A stretch of DNA of 64,000 bases, from contig OZ244057.1 in NCBI GenBank assembly GCA_965215515.1, positions 928,001 through 992,000 of the forward strand, given 5' to 3'. Origin of the DNA: Oligoflexales bacterium (GTDB taxonomy: Bacteria; Bdellovibrionota_B; Oligoflexia; Oligoflexales; JAPPIL01). Under the pieces are notes generated by a model, which was not told the DNA's origin, made no database searches, and saw nothing but the letters and a program-made list of their open reading frames with translations. Position numbers and translations under genes: made by a program. Within the stretch, counting starts at the first letter, position 1. Each line of letters begins with the position of its first letter. This document shows, piece by piece, positions 1 through 10,496 of the stretch.

Positions 1-1
1 C

Positions 2-1255
2 AACCCCAGCGGCGGCGGGTTACGCAGTTTCTACGGTAAATGGAACGAAGATCGTTGGCTGCGTTCTTTCGTGGTGGAAGCCCTACGCCCCGCCTCTTCG
101 TTCGCCCCCACTAACCAACAACTCTATCATTCGGTCCTGTCACCGACAGAGAGCAATAAGAAGATGATTCGTCAGCAAGGACACCCCTTAGTCGTTGCCC
201 CGCGACAGCTGTTGGTAGACGAAGAACCCTATGCCCGCGACGGGCTGGAGTTTAAAACAGCGCAGAGTGATTTTCAGTTTTTGCAACAAATTCCACAACA
301 AGACCCCTACCGCCTGCACGATGCCAGCAAGGTGGATGGTGGTGCGGAGCTGCGCTACCAGTATTTGAACAAACTGAACAAGTCAGACGCTAAAACACTG
401 TCGTTCATGATGTCGGGCGATATCGGCCTGCGTTGGCGACCACGACATCGTAATCTACACCTCGTTTACGAGGGGCGCATGTTGGGCAATCCCCACGTGG
501 ACGAGCTCAGCCAACACATAGAGAAAGCTTGGACACGCAGTCTCTACGTGCTGATCGATAACCTGCCGTTCAATGTTTACGTCATGTATGGGCTATATCG
601 TCCGCTGTTCGGCGGCAACCCTATGCCCGATCACCGTGCTTTGCCGCAACGCCTGACTGCCGAAGCTTTGCAGGGTGGTAGTGCCTACACTTTGCAATAT
701 CAAGCCTTAAGCATCGGCACCGCCCCCAACGTGCCGTATGCCAACCTGCACGTTATCACAGGACGCAACTTACGCTTCACCCCCGACGAGGACGATACTA
801 CCCGCGGGGTAGCGGCTAATGTCGGTCTACGTTTCGTGACACTCGGCATCAATACCACCTATTCCTTCTGGTTCACCCGCGATAAGCACAACACCCAGCG
901 CTCGTTGCTGCACTCCGCCTCCCTCGGCATGCAGCTGTGGCGCATAACAGCAATCTTGGAAGCACTACAACTGCACCGCAAAAACCCCGCCAGCAAAGAT
1001 ACGGGCAGCGTAATCAGCTTCGATGCCCACACCCAGCTCTGGCGACAGTTCTACCTGACAACGCAATACTCGTGGGCAAATGTTGCTCCCGATCTCACCG
1101 CTGGCCAAGCGCAACAATATCGTGTCGGCCTACGTGCTTTCCTCCTCGCTGGTATCGATGTCAGTCTTAACTACGAATACGATCGTTACCGACCCAAAGG
1201 GGAAAGAACCGACCATACCCACTCCCTCTCCTCACAAATACATCTATACCTTTAA
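2..1255 (+). CDS. Probable outer-membrane beta-barrel protein, 5' end outside the window
   Basis: Frame is open from base 2 (NPSGGGLRSFYGK...). C-terminal half has alternating amphipathic strands and ends QIHLYL, a beta-signal-like end. NPxGGG often follows a CxxCH haem motif, which would lie upstream of the window (inference). Confidence 0.55.
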   Translation, partial: NPSGGGLRSFYGKWNEDRWLRSFVVEALRPASSFAPTNQQLYHSVLSPTESNKKMIRQQGHPLVVAPRQLLVDEEPYARDGLEFKTAQSDFQFLQQIPQQDPYRLHDASKVDGGAELRYQYLNKLNKSDAKTLSFMMSGDIGLRWRPRHRNLHLVYEGRMLGNPHVDELSQHIEKAWTRSLYVLIDNLPFNVYVMYGLYRPLFGGNPMPDHRALPQRLTAEALQGGSAYTLQYQALSIGTAPNVPYANLHVITGRNLRFTPDEDDTTRGVAANVGLRFVTLGINTTYSFWFTRDKHNTQRSLLHSASLGMQLWRITAILEALQLHRKNPASKDTGSVISFDAHTQLWRQFYLTTQYSWANVAPDLTAGQAQQYRVGLRAFLLAGIDVSLNYEYDRYRPKGERTDHTHSLSSQIHLYL

Positions 1256-1434
1256 GCTGAAAGGCGACACCAGCCACCTGCACACCGCAACTGCGCGGCA
1301 GTGCTACGCACACAACCACCCGCCGCCAGCGCACCCTCCCCGCAAACCTGTCCCGATGCTCTTCTGCTCGCGGTGGTAGCAAGGCGACGCGTAGGATGTC
1401 AAGTATAGTTTTGACTCGTACGAATAGCCGCCAA

Positions 1435-1794
1435 TCAGCCAGCAGCCACACCTGCGACGGCCTGTGCCTTGTTGGGGAAAATCTTAAGAATTCTCGTGAA
1501 ACCAGAAATTTCAAAGACATGCGCGACGTTGCTCTGCAATGCGAAGAAACCCAGCTTCTTGTCCTTGCTGGGAGCCTGCTTGGCAAACTGCAACACCGCC
1601 CGTAAACCCGCACTGCTGATAAAATCCAAGCCCGAACAATCGAACAGGATGCTCTTCTCCTCGCGCGACAACAGATCCTCCAGCTGTGATTGAAAATCGA
1701 CACTCTCGGCATAACTAACCCGCCCGCTGAGGTGCACAAACAGACAATCACCCCCACTGGAGACTTTCACGGAAAGCCCGCTCTCTTGGTTCAT
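1435..1794 (-). CDS. STAS-domain anti-sigma factor antagonist
   Basis: LFDCSGLDFISSAGLRAVL and VAHVFEISGF STAS motifs. Start is either ATG 1794 or GTG 1770. Confidence 0.9.
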   Translation of the reverse strand: MNQESGLSVKVSSGGDCLFVHLSGRVSYAESVDFQSQLEDLLSREEKSILFDCSGLDFISSAGLRAVLQFAKQAPSKDKKLGFFALQSNVAHVFEISGFTRILKIFPNKAQAVAGVAAG

Positions 1795-1891
1795 CAGGCC
1801 AATCCCCCCTATCGGTTCTCCACCACCCCCCACGCAGGGGACATCGCGGGCAACGTAGCACAAAAAAAGACAAGCAGAAACAAAAAAGTAT

Positions 1892-3454
1892 TCAGCTACT
1901 CCGCTTCTCTAATCCGTACTTCTCTACCTTCATGATCAGACCAGCGCGACTGATACCGAGCTCGCGGGCAAGACGGGACTTATTCCAACGCGTGCGTTCC
2001 AGCCCGTCTCCGATCATCTGTCGCTCCAGTTCTTCCAACGCGTCCTTGAGCTTGCCATGTACACGATAGCCGCTGAATTTATCAGGTAGTACCTCCTTGA
2101 TGCGCGGGGAGAGGAAGGTCGCCATGATTTCTTTATCCCGTCCCGACAATACGCATAGACGCTCAATTTCATTTTCCAGTTCCCGCACGTTACCAGGCCA
2201 ATCGTGGTTGAGTAGCTTTTCCATGCAATCCTTGTCCACAACCTTGACCTCCCCCTTAGGTTTGGTCTTGCGAGCATTATGCTGGAGAAAATGATCGATC
2301 AACAGCGGGATATCCTCCCGCCGTTCGCGCAAGGCAGGCACGGTGACGTTGATGACGTTGAGACGATAATAGAGATCCTCTCGAAATTCATCTTTGCGCA
2401 CCATCGCCGCTAAGTCCTTGTTGGTCGCGGCGAGAATTCTGACATTGCTGTGCTTCTGCTGTGTGCTGCCGACAGGCGTGTATGTGCCCTCCTGCAACAC
2501 CCGCAGCATCTTGACCTGCATGGCCGTAGAGGTGTCGCCGATTTCATCGAGAAACAGCGTGCCGCGATCCGCTTCCTCGAACAACCCTTTACGATCCTTG
2601 ACCGCACCTGTAAACGCACCCTTGATGTGGCCAAACAATTCCGATTCGAGCAGATTCTCGTTGAACGCACCGCAGTTGACCACGACAAAGCTGTTGTCTC
2701 GCCGTGCCGAATTGTAGTGAATAGCACGTGCAATCAGCTCTTTCCCCGTGCCGTTCTCCCCCTGAATCAAAATCGTCGCTTCGGACTCGCATACCCGTTC
2801 CAACACCTGATACAAATCCTGCATCGGAGACGATTTGCCGACCATGCGATCAAAATTGTACCGCTGCTCCAACTCCTTGTGCAAACGCTCCACCTTCTGC
2901 TTCTCCGTCGACAGATCCCGCTGCACCAACAGGATCTCGGCCACCACCAGATTGATCAGTTCCGTCAAATACTGTAGCTCCTTTTTGCTAAGAACGGTCA
3001 GGGAATCAACATATTTCTGATGCTCCGCGGCTGAATCGGGAAAATTCACCCGCAGGTAGGCCGCGATCGCTTCCCGCTGCTCCGCAGCACTGCTCTCATG
3101 CACGAAACCATCCGCAAACACACAGCCCATGTATTTTTTGCCGATCCGAATGGGTACTGACAAGGCCGAAAAACCCGCGTGACAGCGAGAAATCTTGGCG
3201 GTCTCGCTATTTGTCGTCGCTACCGTCGTCTGCTGTGCCGTGCCGCGGCAACCGTGAAAGCCCTTGTTGTCCTGAGTGATAGTCTTGCAGATCATATTGG
3301 TAGGGTTGAAAAATTTTCCCTCGGGCACACCCCTCAGCAAACCCTTGTGATCGGTGAAATTTATCTGAATACTCCACCAGCGGCTGACCAAATCGCGCAG
3401 ACGCTGAATGACGAGAATCTTGTCAAATTCCTCCCACCGCACACTCTTCGACAT
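1892..3454 (-). CDS. Sigma-54 enhancer-binding transcriptional activator with N-terminal PocR sensor domain
   Basis: Walker A GENGTGKE, GAFTGA loop, Walker B LFLDEIG, WPGNVRELEN and a Fis-type HTH. N-terminus has CHAGFSALSVPI (PocR). RBS GGAGAG precedes the ATG. Confidence 0.92.
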   Translation of the reverse strand: MSKSVRWEEFDKILVIQRLRDLVSRWWSIQINFTDHKGLLRGVPEGKFFNPTNMICKTITQDNKGFHGCRGTAQQTTVATTNSETAKISRCHAGFSALSVPIRIGKKYMGCVFADGFVHESSAAEQREAIAAYLRVNFPDSAAEHQKYVDSLTVLSKKELQYLTELINLVVAEILLVQRDLSTEKQKVERLHKELEQRYNFDRMVGKSSPMQDLYQVLERVCESEATILIQGENGTGKELIARAIHYNSARRDNSFVVVNCGAFNENLLESELFGHIKGAFTGAVKDRKGLFEEADRGTLFLDEIGDTSTAMQVKMLRVLQEGTYTPVGSTQQKHSNVRILAATNKDLAAMVRKDEFREDLYYRLNVINVTVPALRERREDIPLLIDHFLQHNARKTKPKGEVKVVDKDCMEKLLNHDWPGNVRELENEIERLCVLSGRDKEIMATFLSPRIKEVLPDKFSGYRVHGKLKDALEELERQMIGDGLERTRWNKSRLARELGISRAGLIMKVEKYGLEKRSS

Positions 3455-3522
3455 GGACTTCTCTCCACCCACAAGCGATAATCTAAGCACCCAGCTCTAC
3501 CTTCGGCAGAAGTCGCGATTTT

Positions 3523-4863
3523 ATGATGCTCCTTTTGTTGCCGATCCTGCTGTTCGGCACAGATACCTCGGCTACCCCCGCAGCGCCGCGCTGGCTGGCT
3601 TTTGGCGATCTGCGCGGTCACGTCGAGTCGTGCGGCTGCGATCCCCGCACCGACCTCGGCGGTCTGAACCGCCTGCACTATTTTTTGCAACTTGAAAAAA
3701 AAGTAAATAAACCCTTTCTTCTCTTCAATCTCGGCAACAACCTCAATACCCCTCCTCATCCTCTCAAAGATCGCACCATCGTACAATTCATCGCTCAGCT
3801 CCGCCCGACCGCCGCCCTGCTCAACAGACGCGAGCTCGCCCGTCTCGACCTTCTCGCCCAGCAGAAACCCCTCGCCCCCTGGCTGCTCAGCAACCACAGG
3901 GCGAACAAACACTGGTGGCACAAGGTTATCATCACCCCCACCGCGGTGCTACTCGGCTACACCTACCACCCCGCGTTGACACGGCAGGTGCGACGTTTCG
4001 ATCGGAAAATGGCAGACACCTGGCGAAAAATTATCCACCGACAACGCGGGAAACACAGCTACCTGCTGTTCGCAGGGACACCGCAAGACTTGCAGGTCAT
4101 CGTGCGGGCGGTGAACTTCAACACAGTTATCGCTTCCAATACCAGTGCTGACGATGCACCGATCACGCATCAAGAAAAACTACATCCGCAACGTCTCGTG
4201 CTCAACGCGGGCACACGCCAGATACACATGACACCCCTAGCGGGGCAAGGGGTGTTGCGGGGCGGAGAGATGTTGAGCAACGCGGTCACTGCAGATTTCA
4301 GCAAAATTTTTGGCAGAGCTAAGAAAAAATTTTTTGACCCCGACCGCAACCCGCCGCTGGCAAAAATGTTCCGTGCGACACGGGTTTCGTGGCTCGATCG
4401 TGCCTACGCCGATGAGAGTGCGGCATTCTGGCAGGCCTACCAGCGGGCGGTGCAAAAAGACTTTGCCGCGCAGGAGCAAAAGGGTCGCAAACTGCTAGCC
4501 AAAAGCAATTTTATCGGGGCGGCCGCGTGCAGGGGCTGTCATCAACAACAGTATCAGGTGTGGAAAAATTCCGCCCATGCACACGCACTGCAGACCTTGC
4601 AAAACAAAAACAAAGCACAAGACGGCGAGTGCGTAGCCTGCCACAGCGTGGGTTTCGGTGCGGGTGGGTACGTATCGCTGCGTCTCAGCCCCCATCTCGC
4701 GGGAGTGCAGTGCGAGAACTGTCACGGTGCGCGCCAGGCACATATCCTCGACCCGTCACACCCGACCAAAACGAAGACCAGCTTCACCTGCCGCAAATGC
4801 CATCACCCGCCCCACACAGCTGAGTTCAACCAAGACACCTATTGGCAGAAAATAAAGCACTAG
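3523..4863 (+). CDS. Multiheme cytochrome c (c554/c552-like) with 5'-nucleotidase-like N-terminal domain
   Basis: Signal peptide; GDLRGHVESCGC...GGLNR; four CxxCH motifs (CRGCH, CVACH, CENCH, CRKCH). Confidence 0.85.
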   Translation: MMLLLLPILLFGTDTSATPAAPRWLAFGDLRGHVESCGCDPRTDLGGLNRLHYFLQLEKKVNKPFLLFNLGNNLNTPPHPLKDRTIVQFIAQLRPTAALLNRRELARLDLLAQQKPLAPWLLSNHRANKHWWHKVIITPTAVLLGYTYHPALTRQVRRFDRKMADTWRKIIHRQRGKHSYLLFAGTPQDLQVIVRAVNFNTVIASNTSADDAPITHQEKLHPQRLVLNAGTRQIHMTPLAGQGVLRGGEMLSNAVTADFSKIFGRAKKKFFDPDRNPPLAKMFRATRVSWLDRAYADESAAFWQAYQRAVQKDFAAQEQKGRKLLAKSNFIGAAACRGCHQQQYQVWKNSAHAHALQTLQNKNKAQDGECVACHSVGFGAGGYVSLRLSPHLAGVQCENCHGARQAHILDPSHPTKTKTSFTCRKCHHPPHTAEFNQDTYWQKIKH

Positions 4864-4954
4864 ATTCGCAACCTCACCCCCGACACGTTTTTGAAAGCAG
4901 TCACGCATATCTTCTGAAGAACAGAGAACGACGCAGGCGTGGCCGAGCACTGCT

Positions 4955-5620
4955 TCAAGCGGGATTGAGCAGTCCGTTCACCTTTTCCTGCCAAGGGCGA
5001 AGGTAGTAGCCGCGCAGAAAGGTACGTAGGCCGCGGTTGCGGATATGCACGGAGGTGGCACGGCGTAAGAAGCGATAAAAAAAAGTTGCGGCGTGATCGT
5101 TAGCCTGGGCGTAGACAGCATCGGCAAGCGGATGAGGCTCGTCGCAAATTTTTTGCAGCAGCGGAGGCAGGTGGCAGCTGCCCGTCTGACGATAGAGCAG
5201 ATCGGCACAGATAAGAATCTTGTCAATTTCCCCCTGTAACTCAAGCTCAAGACGAGGTAAGGCGATGCCGCGGGCGGTTTTATTGAGGAGCAGATGAAAG
5301 TGGCTGATTTCTTCGATCAACACACAGAAGCTGTGGAGGTTAGCATTGCTCAAGCACTGCCACGGATCATGGATGGTTAAATTACGCACCACCTGTGCAT
5401 CGAAATATACCGCGATGAACACATCTTTGCCCCACCTGTCATCGAGCCACACCGCCCCCGCCGCCCGCCATTCGGGATAATGCTCCGCCCCCGCAAGCGC
5501 GGCACGCAGTTGCTCGCGAGTAACGAGATAGTCACCGACCGTGGCAAGGCGGCGAAAACCATAGTAAGACGCAATACGCCGCTCAACATGCGCAATGTTT
5601 TGTAGCAGCAAGGGGTTCAT
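4955..5620 (-). CDS. Hypothetical protein (EEISHFH motif)
   Basis: 221-aa ORF overlapping the stop of the upstream gene; zincin-like EExSHF...ELELQGEIDK segment. Confidence 0.7.
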   Translation of the reverse strand: MNPLLLQNIAHVERRIASYYGFRRLATVGDYLVTREQLRAALAGAEHYPEWRAAGAVWLDDRWGKDVFIAVYFDAQVVRNLTIHDPWQCLSNANLHSFCVLIEEISHFHLLLNKTARGIALPRLELELQGEIDKILICADLLYRQTGSCHLPPLLQKICDEPHPLADAVYAQANDHAATFFYRFLRRATSVHIRNRGLRTFLRGYYLRPWQEKVNGLLNPA

Positions 5621-6207
5621 TGTGGCGTGCGGGTGTCGGTTTTTACAGGATCGATACCGAGTTCGAGCAGTGTTTGCAGCAGACGTTGGGAGTTGCTGCG
5701 CGTCCAGCGATCGTACGTGGCCAGGATATCAACCGCACGACTCTGGGCGGGAATGACGGCAACCTCCGCGACCAATTCAACCAACGAGGCGAAATCATGC
5801 GCGAGCTTTTCAAAGACCTGACGCGCACCGCTGTGCATACATGCGGCGGTCTTGTGGTAAGCAGTCGAGCCGATCGCGATGTAGTAATCGACATCGATGA
5901 CCCGCCGATTGAACGACTCCTGAAAAAACCCCCCCACATAAAGACTCAGGTCACCGAGAACTCTGAAACGAGTCAACCGTTCGTGGACAGGAGCTTCCAG
6001 CGTTTCCTTCAAGAACAACGCCAGGGACGTATCGAGCTGCTGCAGGTGCGGAGAACGCTGATCAGGCTGAATGAAATCACACAGTAAGGTGACGAGGTAG
6101 ACTTCCACGTCGCTGTCGATAGTTACAGCACTCTTCGCCTGCGCGGCGGCAATCTTCTCCTGAAAAAACTGCTGTGGAGCAATGCCCAGATCGACCTTCT
6201 TGATCAT
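5617..6207 (-). CDS. Hypothetical protein
   Basis: RBS GAGGGGG before MIKKVDLG; LGDLSLYVGGFF and DVDYYIAIGSTAY look like conserved blocks. Start trimmed from the ORF track because the extension overlaps the opposite-strand gene. Confidence 0.75.
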   Translation of the reverse strand: MIKKVDLGIAPQQFFQEKIAAAQAKSAVTIDSDVEVYLVTLLCDFIQPDQRSPHLQQLDTSLALFLKETLEAPVHERLTRFRVLGDLSLYVGGFFQESFNRRVIDVDYYIAIGSTAYHKTAACMHSGARQVFEKLAHDFASLVELVAEVAVIPAQSRAVDILATYDRWTRSNSQRLLQTLLELGIDPVKTDTRTPQ

Positions 6208-6310
6208 CGCCACCCCCTCGGTCCGTGCTTCGGTGTATCCGACACGGATGTTTAGCAGTTTTGCCCTTTTTTCTGTATAGTGGTCGTGTTCACAGAGTGG
6301 AGATGGCCGT

Positions 6311-6661
6311 ATGCCCGCGCAGGGACACACGACCGCGCTGAGCTTAGAGGAGCTGGTGCACCTTGCCAACAAAGTCGGCATGGAACTCGTAGAAGCAAAA
6401 AAAACCTGTGATCGCCTTGAGTTGATGAAACCCATCGTCCGCGCCCGCATCATGCAACGCCTCGACAACGGAGAGGTTTCCGAAACCAAATTACGTCGCC
6501 TGATGGAAAGCGACACGGAATATGCTGCCTACATCGACAGATTGATCGATGCGCGGGCTTGGCTCGAGAAAGTGCGCATTCGCTACGAATCCTACAAAAA
6601 CCTCTTCGAGGCACGGCGCAGCATGCTCAGCTACCGTAAAGCCGAAATGCGCCTGCTGTAG
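6311..6661 (+). CDS. Hypothetical helical protein
   Basis: 116-aa ORF with GGAGA RBS, divergent from the preceding gene; coiled-coil-like composition. Confidence 0.7.
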   Translation: MPAQGHTTALSLEELVHLANKVGMELVEAKKTCDRLELMKPIVRARIMQRLDNGEVSETKLRRLMESDTEYAAYIDRLIDARAWLEKVRIRYESYKNLFEARRSMLSYRKAEMRLL

Positions 6662-6844
6662 CACCCGAACACACATCGTTTTGTTTTTACTTTAAATTTA
6701 TTTTGTGTTTTGCTTCTCATCTGTATGCAACCAGACGAAGTTTTGGGATGGCGAAGAAGTTCGTGCGGTGCAGTCCTCCTACGAGGCCTCCCCGCGGCGG
6801 CTTCTGTTGTATAATAGGAGTTAGGGAGATTTTGCGGGGAGGGC

Positions 6845-7777
6845 GTGATGCGTTTGCTTATGCTGTTGCTGTTGTCCTGCCAGACGACACCATCTCGGCA
6901 TGTCGTGACGGGCAACGAGTTTGCCAAAGATGGCCTGCTGAAAGAGGCGGTCGGTTCTTATCGGGAGGCGTTGCGGGAAAATCCCCACAACTGGACTGCG
7001 CACCGCAATCTCGGTCTGTTGCTGGTCAAGACAGGCAAGTACGATCGGGCAATCTCCCACCTACGCAAAAGTCTACCGCGCTTTCGGCGTGATTTCGACA
7101 CCAACTTTCATCTCGGTGAAGCATATCGGGCGAAGGAAAAATACGCGGAAGCAATTTTCCGCTATCGTTTTGCGCTCGGTATTCAGCCTGATGCACCTGA
7201 GGCGCTGAAATCGCTGGGCTGGACTTACTACCGTATCAATCTGCTCGGCGAAGCCAAGCAGATGATCAACAGGTTGCTTACCATCGACCGTGCCGACCAT
7301 CACGGCGCGATTATCTTGGCACGCATCTACCTCAAGCAACGAGATTTTCAAAAAAGCCTGACGGTCATCAGTAATTACCGAGAGGTAGCCGACCAGAACA
7401 CTCTGCCCTATTTTTACAGTATCGAGGGCGATGTTCATCTGGAAATGAACAAAATCAAATCCGCCGCAGGTCTTTACCTCACCGCATTGAAAAGCAACCC
7501 ACTGTTGCCTGGCGCTCTGCTGGGGATGGGCAAGATTTTTCTTCTGCGAGGGCAGAACAAAAAAGCCATCCGCTACCTCGAACGTGCCGCACGCCTGCGC
7601 CCGCGGCAGACACAGGTGCATCTGATGTTGGGCAAGGCGTTCGAGCCATCCGATGTGCGCCTCGCGCTGAAACATTACCAAATTTTCCGCCGCCTCGCCC
7701 GCAGCCAGCCCGAGTCTCCCGCACAGGTTGCCGCGGTCAACGACAAGATTGCCGCCTTACGCAAAGCTGCGCGCTAA
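6845..7777 (+). CDS. Tetratricopeptide-repeat lipoprotein
   Basis: Lipobox LLSC; repeated TPR helices (AHRNLGLLL, NFHLGEAY, ALKSLGWTY, ALLGMGKIF); GGAGGG RBS. Confidence 0.9.
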   Translation: MMRLLMLLLLSCQTTPSRHVVTGNEFAKDGLLKEAVGSYREALRENPHNWTAHRNLGLLLVKTGKYDRAISHLRKSLPRFRRDFDTNFHLGEAYRAKEKYAEAIFRYRFALGIQPDAPEALKSLGWTYYRINLLGEAKQMINRLLTIDRADHHGAIILARIYLKQRDFQKSLTVISNYREVADQNTLPYFYSIEGDVHLEMNKIKSAAGLYLTALKSNPLLPGALLGMGKIFLLRGQNKKAIRYLERAARLRPRQTQVHLMLGKAFEPSDVRLALKHYQIFRRLARSQPESPAQVAAVNDKIAALRKAAR

Positions 7778-7802
7778 ACTGCGTGGCCACGACTCTCTCT
7801 CT

Positions 7803-8402
7803 CTAAAGCATGCGGCTGTTCCAACGCTTGGAGATGGCATGCGGAAAGGCGAAGCAGTCCAGCACACGGCTGACGACGAAGTCGACGAGCTCCACCATCG
7901 TGCGCGGTCGGTGGTAGAAGGCGGGCGAGGCGGGCACGAGCTGAGCCCCCGCCGCGGCGAGACGCTGCATGTTATCGAGATGCAAGCTGTTGAGCGGAGT
8001 TTCGCGCGGCACCATGATCAGCTGTTTCTTTTGTTTCAGCACCACATCGCACACCCGTTCGAGCAGGGTGGTAGAGAAACCGTGACTGACACGGCTGAGC
8101 GTACCCATCGAGCAGGGGATAACGATGGCGACATCGGGAGCGTTCGAGCCACTCGCCACAGGGGCAAAAAAATCATCGTTGGCGAACAGCCTGAGACGAG
8201 GATGTTTGTCGGCGGCTAAAATTTTGCGCAAAGAAAATTCGTGCTCGTTTTTGCGCAGCTCATGCTCGACGACTTGCCGCCCACTGTCGGTGACGATGAG
8301 GTAGACCCGTGCGAGTTGTGCCGTCAGCACTTGCAAGAGACGCTCGGCGTAAATCGCCCCCGATGCTCCTGTGATGCCAACTAAAATGCGCGGCTTCGAC
8401 AT
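7803..8402 (-). CDS. ubiX: Flavin prenyltransferase UbiX
   Basis: GITGASG, APVASGS, PCSMGTL, PRETP, PASPAFYHRP motifs. Confidence 0.95.
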   Translation of the reverse strand: MSKPRILVGITGASGAIYAERLLQVLTAQLARVYLIVTDSGRQVVEHELRKNEHEFSLRKILAADKHPRLRLFANDDFFAPVASGSNAPDVAIVIPCSMGTLSRVSHGFSTTLLERVCDVVLKQKKQLIMVPRETPLNSLHLDNMQRLAAAGAQLVPASPAFYHRPRTMVELVDFVVSRVLDCFAFPHAISKRWNSRML

Positions 8403-8406
8403 GTGC

Positions 8407-9272
8407 TCATCCCCACCAAAAATCCACCGCGGTGAAAAACAGAAAACTCAGGCTAACCGCGGCGTTGGTGTGAAAAAAAATCCGTGCCATCTGTACTGAC
8501 AGACTGTCTGTGGCCAGTGCTCTGGCCAGCAGCACCTGTTCGATGCCGAGCAGCGCGGCGCAGCAGAGAACTCCCAGCCAGTACCAGAAACCCGCCGCCG
8601 TCAGCAACCCCGTCACCCCGAGACCCAGCACGACGAGCACGAAACAAGCGCGGCTCAACCACACCGCAACACTCATGCCGTAGCGGGCGGGGACACTATG
8701 CAATGCTTGTCGGCGATCACAGTGACGATCGCGCAAAGCATAAATGATGTCAAATCCCGCCACCCACATCATCACGCTGCCACCGAGGGTAAGTGCCGCA
8801 AACGAAACCTCGTTCCCGCAGGCGACCAACACCGCGGCAGGAGTAATACCCAGACACAAGCCCAAATACCAATGGCATAGACTGGTAAAACGTTTAGTGA
8901 GCGGGTAACAACCGAGGAGGAAGACGACTGGGAAACTAAAAAAAAAGTGGTGCGCCCGAGCACTGCACAACAGCAGACGAACGACAACGCACTCACCACC
9001 GACCAGCACAGTGCCTGCTGCCACGACAATCTGCCCGCGGGTATCATGCGCGCGGCAGTGCGGGGATTGGCGGCATCGAGACGATGGTCGAGGACACGAT
9101 TCATGCCCATCGCATAACTACGCGCGGTGACGAAACAAGCCAGAATAAGCAGCAGGGTCAACCCGCTCACCCCCTGTGGCGGAGTGAGCAGGAGCATAGC
9201 CGCGGCAAACGGCAAGGCAAACACACTGTGAGCGACTTTGATGTCGCGTAAAAAAAATATCAGACCACGCAT
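8407..9272 (-). pseudogene. ubiA: UbiA-family (MqnP-like) prenyltransferase split by a 1-nt frameshift
   Basis: 5' frame has IKVAHSVFALPF and MGMNRVLDHRLDAANPRTAAR; 3' frame has YPLTKRFT and WVAGFDIIYALRD. The frames switch at a 9-nt A/T run (8938-8946). May be a sequencing error. Confidence 0.85.
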
Positions 9273-9338
9273 CCCACCGTCCCTGCGGTGAGATAAGCAC
9301 AAGCACACACACTGGTCAAGCGTTCGTCACGACATCAC

Positions 9339-10304
9339 TCACTGCGTGCGACGCACATACTCCCGCATCATAGCGAGCACGGAATGCTCGATGCTCTCCT
9401 TCTCCTCCTTGGTAAGCTTTTTGTCTTCTCCTGCTTGGCGGGCAGAAGACTCCATCCCCATAGCAAGAAGACCACCTGCCGCGGCTACACCGATAACTAC
9501 TTTCGCTTTGACTACTCCTGGCACGCTCCCCTGCTCAGGAGGAGTCGCCGCTTCCGCGATACCCATACCGACCACAGCTAGCACTGCTCCGATAACCGCA
9601 CCTTTGGCAGCACTCTTGGTGTAATCAGCGACAGCTAGGAAGAGTTGCTCCATCTTGTGCCCTAAAGTTCCTTCCCGACGAAATTGCTCGATACGTTCTC
9701 GCAGGAGTGTTAGCTGCTCGAAAGCTAACCCCTGTGCGATCAAGGTGGTCGTGCCATCCCAGCGTCCCCTGTCGTCTAGCACAGCCTTCTGAGTCGTGCC
9801 GTTGCTTTCGATGGTCGCGAGATGCAACATGCCCTCGCTAACTCCGATGTCGAGCAGTCTGGTGTTGCAATCGACCAGTATCTCACGGTGCTCCGTACGC
9901 ACAGATCTGGGAATTTTCAGCAAAAATCTCCTTGCACCCTTTCCGCCACTCTTCGCACAGGTAAGGTAGCTTGCCTCCAAGTAGTGCGCCGCCTTGACAT
10001 CGATCATCACCATTTGTCTGTCTTCGCAGTCGAGTGATTTGGTTTCATACGCAAAGAAGCCATCAGCAATCGCTGTCTCTGGCCACCATCGGGGGTCTTT
10101 CAACACAGAACCGCAGCGTTTGGCGAAAGTTTTCCGTGCCTCCTTACGTTCCCGTTCCCTCTCCTTTACCAGTTTTTCACGGTCTTTACGTAACTCTCGC
10201 TCACTTTTTCCACCCCCATGCGCGTGGAGTGCTTTTTCTCCCCCAACATCGGGGCGCGTCAAGCATGACACGGCAAACAAAATAGCTACGAAAACGAATC
10301 GCAT
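9339..10304 (-). CDS. Hypothetical lipoprotein with C-terminal glycine-zipper-like hydrophobic segments
   Basis: Lipobox AVSC; GAVIGAVLAVVG and GVAAAGG segments; GGAG RBS. Confidence 0.7.
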   Translation of the reverse strand: MRFVFVAILFAVSCLTRPDVGGEKALHAHGGGKSERELRKDREKLVKERERERKEARKTFAKRCGSVLKDPRWWPETAIADGFFAYETKSLDCEDRQMVMIDVKAAHYLEASYLTCAKSGGKGARRFLLKIPRSVRTEHREILVDCNTRLLDIGVSEGMLHLATIESNGTTQKAVLDDRGRWDGTTTLIAQGLAFEQLTLLRERIEQFRREGTLGHKMEQLFLAVADYTKSAAKGAVIGAVLAVVGMGIAEAATPPEQGSVPGVVKAKVVIGVAAAGGLLAMGMESSARQAGEDKKLTKEEKESIEHSVLAMMREYVRRTQ

Positions 10305-10444
10305 CCCTGTTCTCCATCACTATTGCACACACACCACCTCGGCCTCACCGCCGTCATCGACACTAGTTTCGCTCAGCTTGAACGCGTAACAGACGTAAGA
10401 GGGCAAAGCTTGCCCCCTCGCGCTGCCGAGGTCTCGTTTTCCGC

Positions 10445-10471
10445 TAAATTGCCGAAGACTTCTGCCGATGC
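10445..10471 (+). promoter_or_regulatory. Putative sigma-28 (FliA)-type promoter
   Basis: TAAA-N15-GCCGATGC versus consensus TAAA-N15-GCCGATAA, upstream of the serine protease gene. Confidence 0.55.
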
Positions 10472-10496
10472 TCCACAGCGAGGATGGTGACGCGGG

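Noticed and set aside
3619..3642. Selenocysteine at the CGC motif of the cytochrome
   Set aside because: Both codons are TGC; there is no in-frame TGA.
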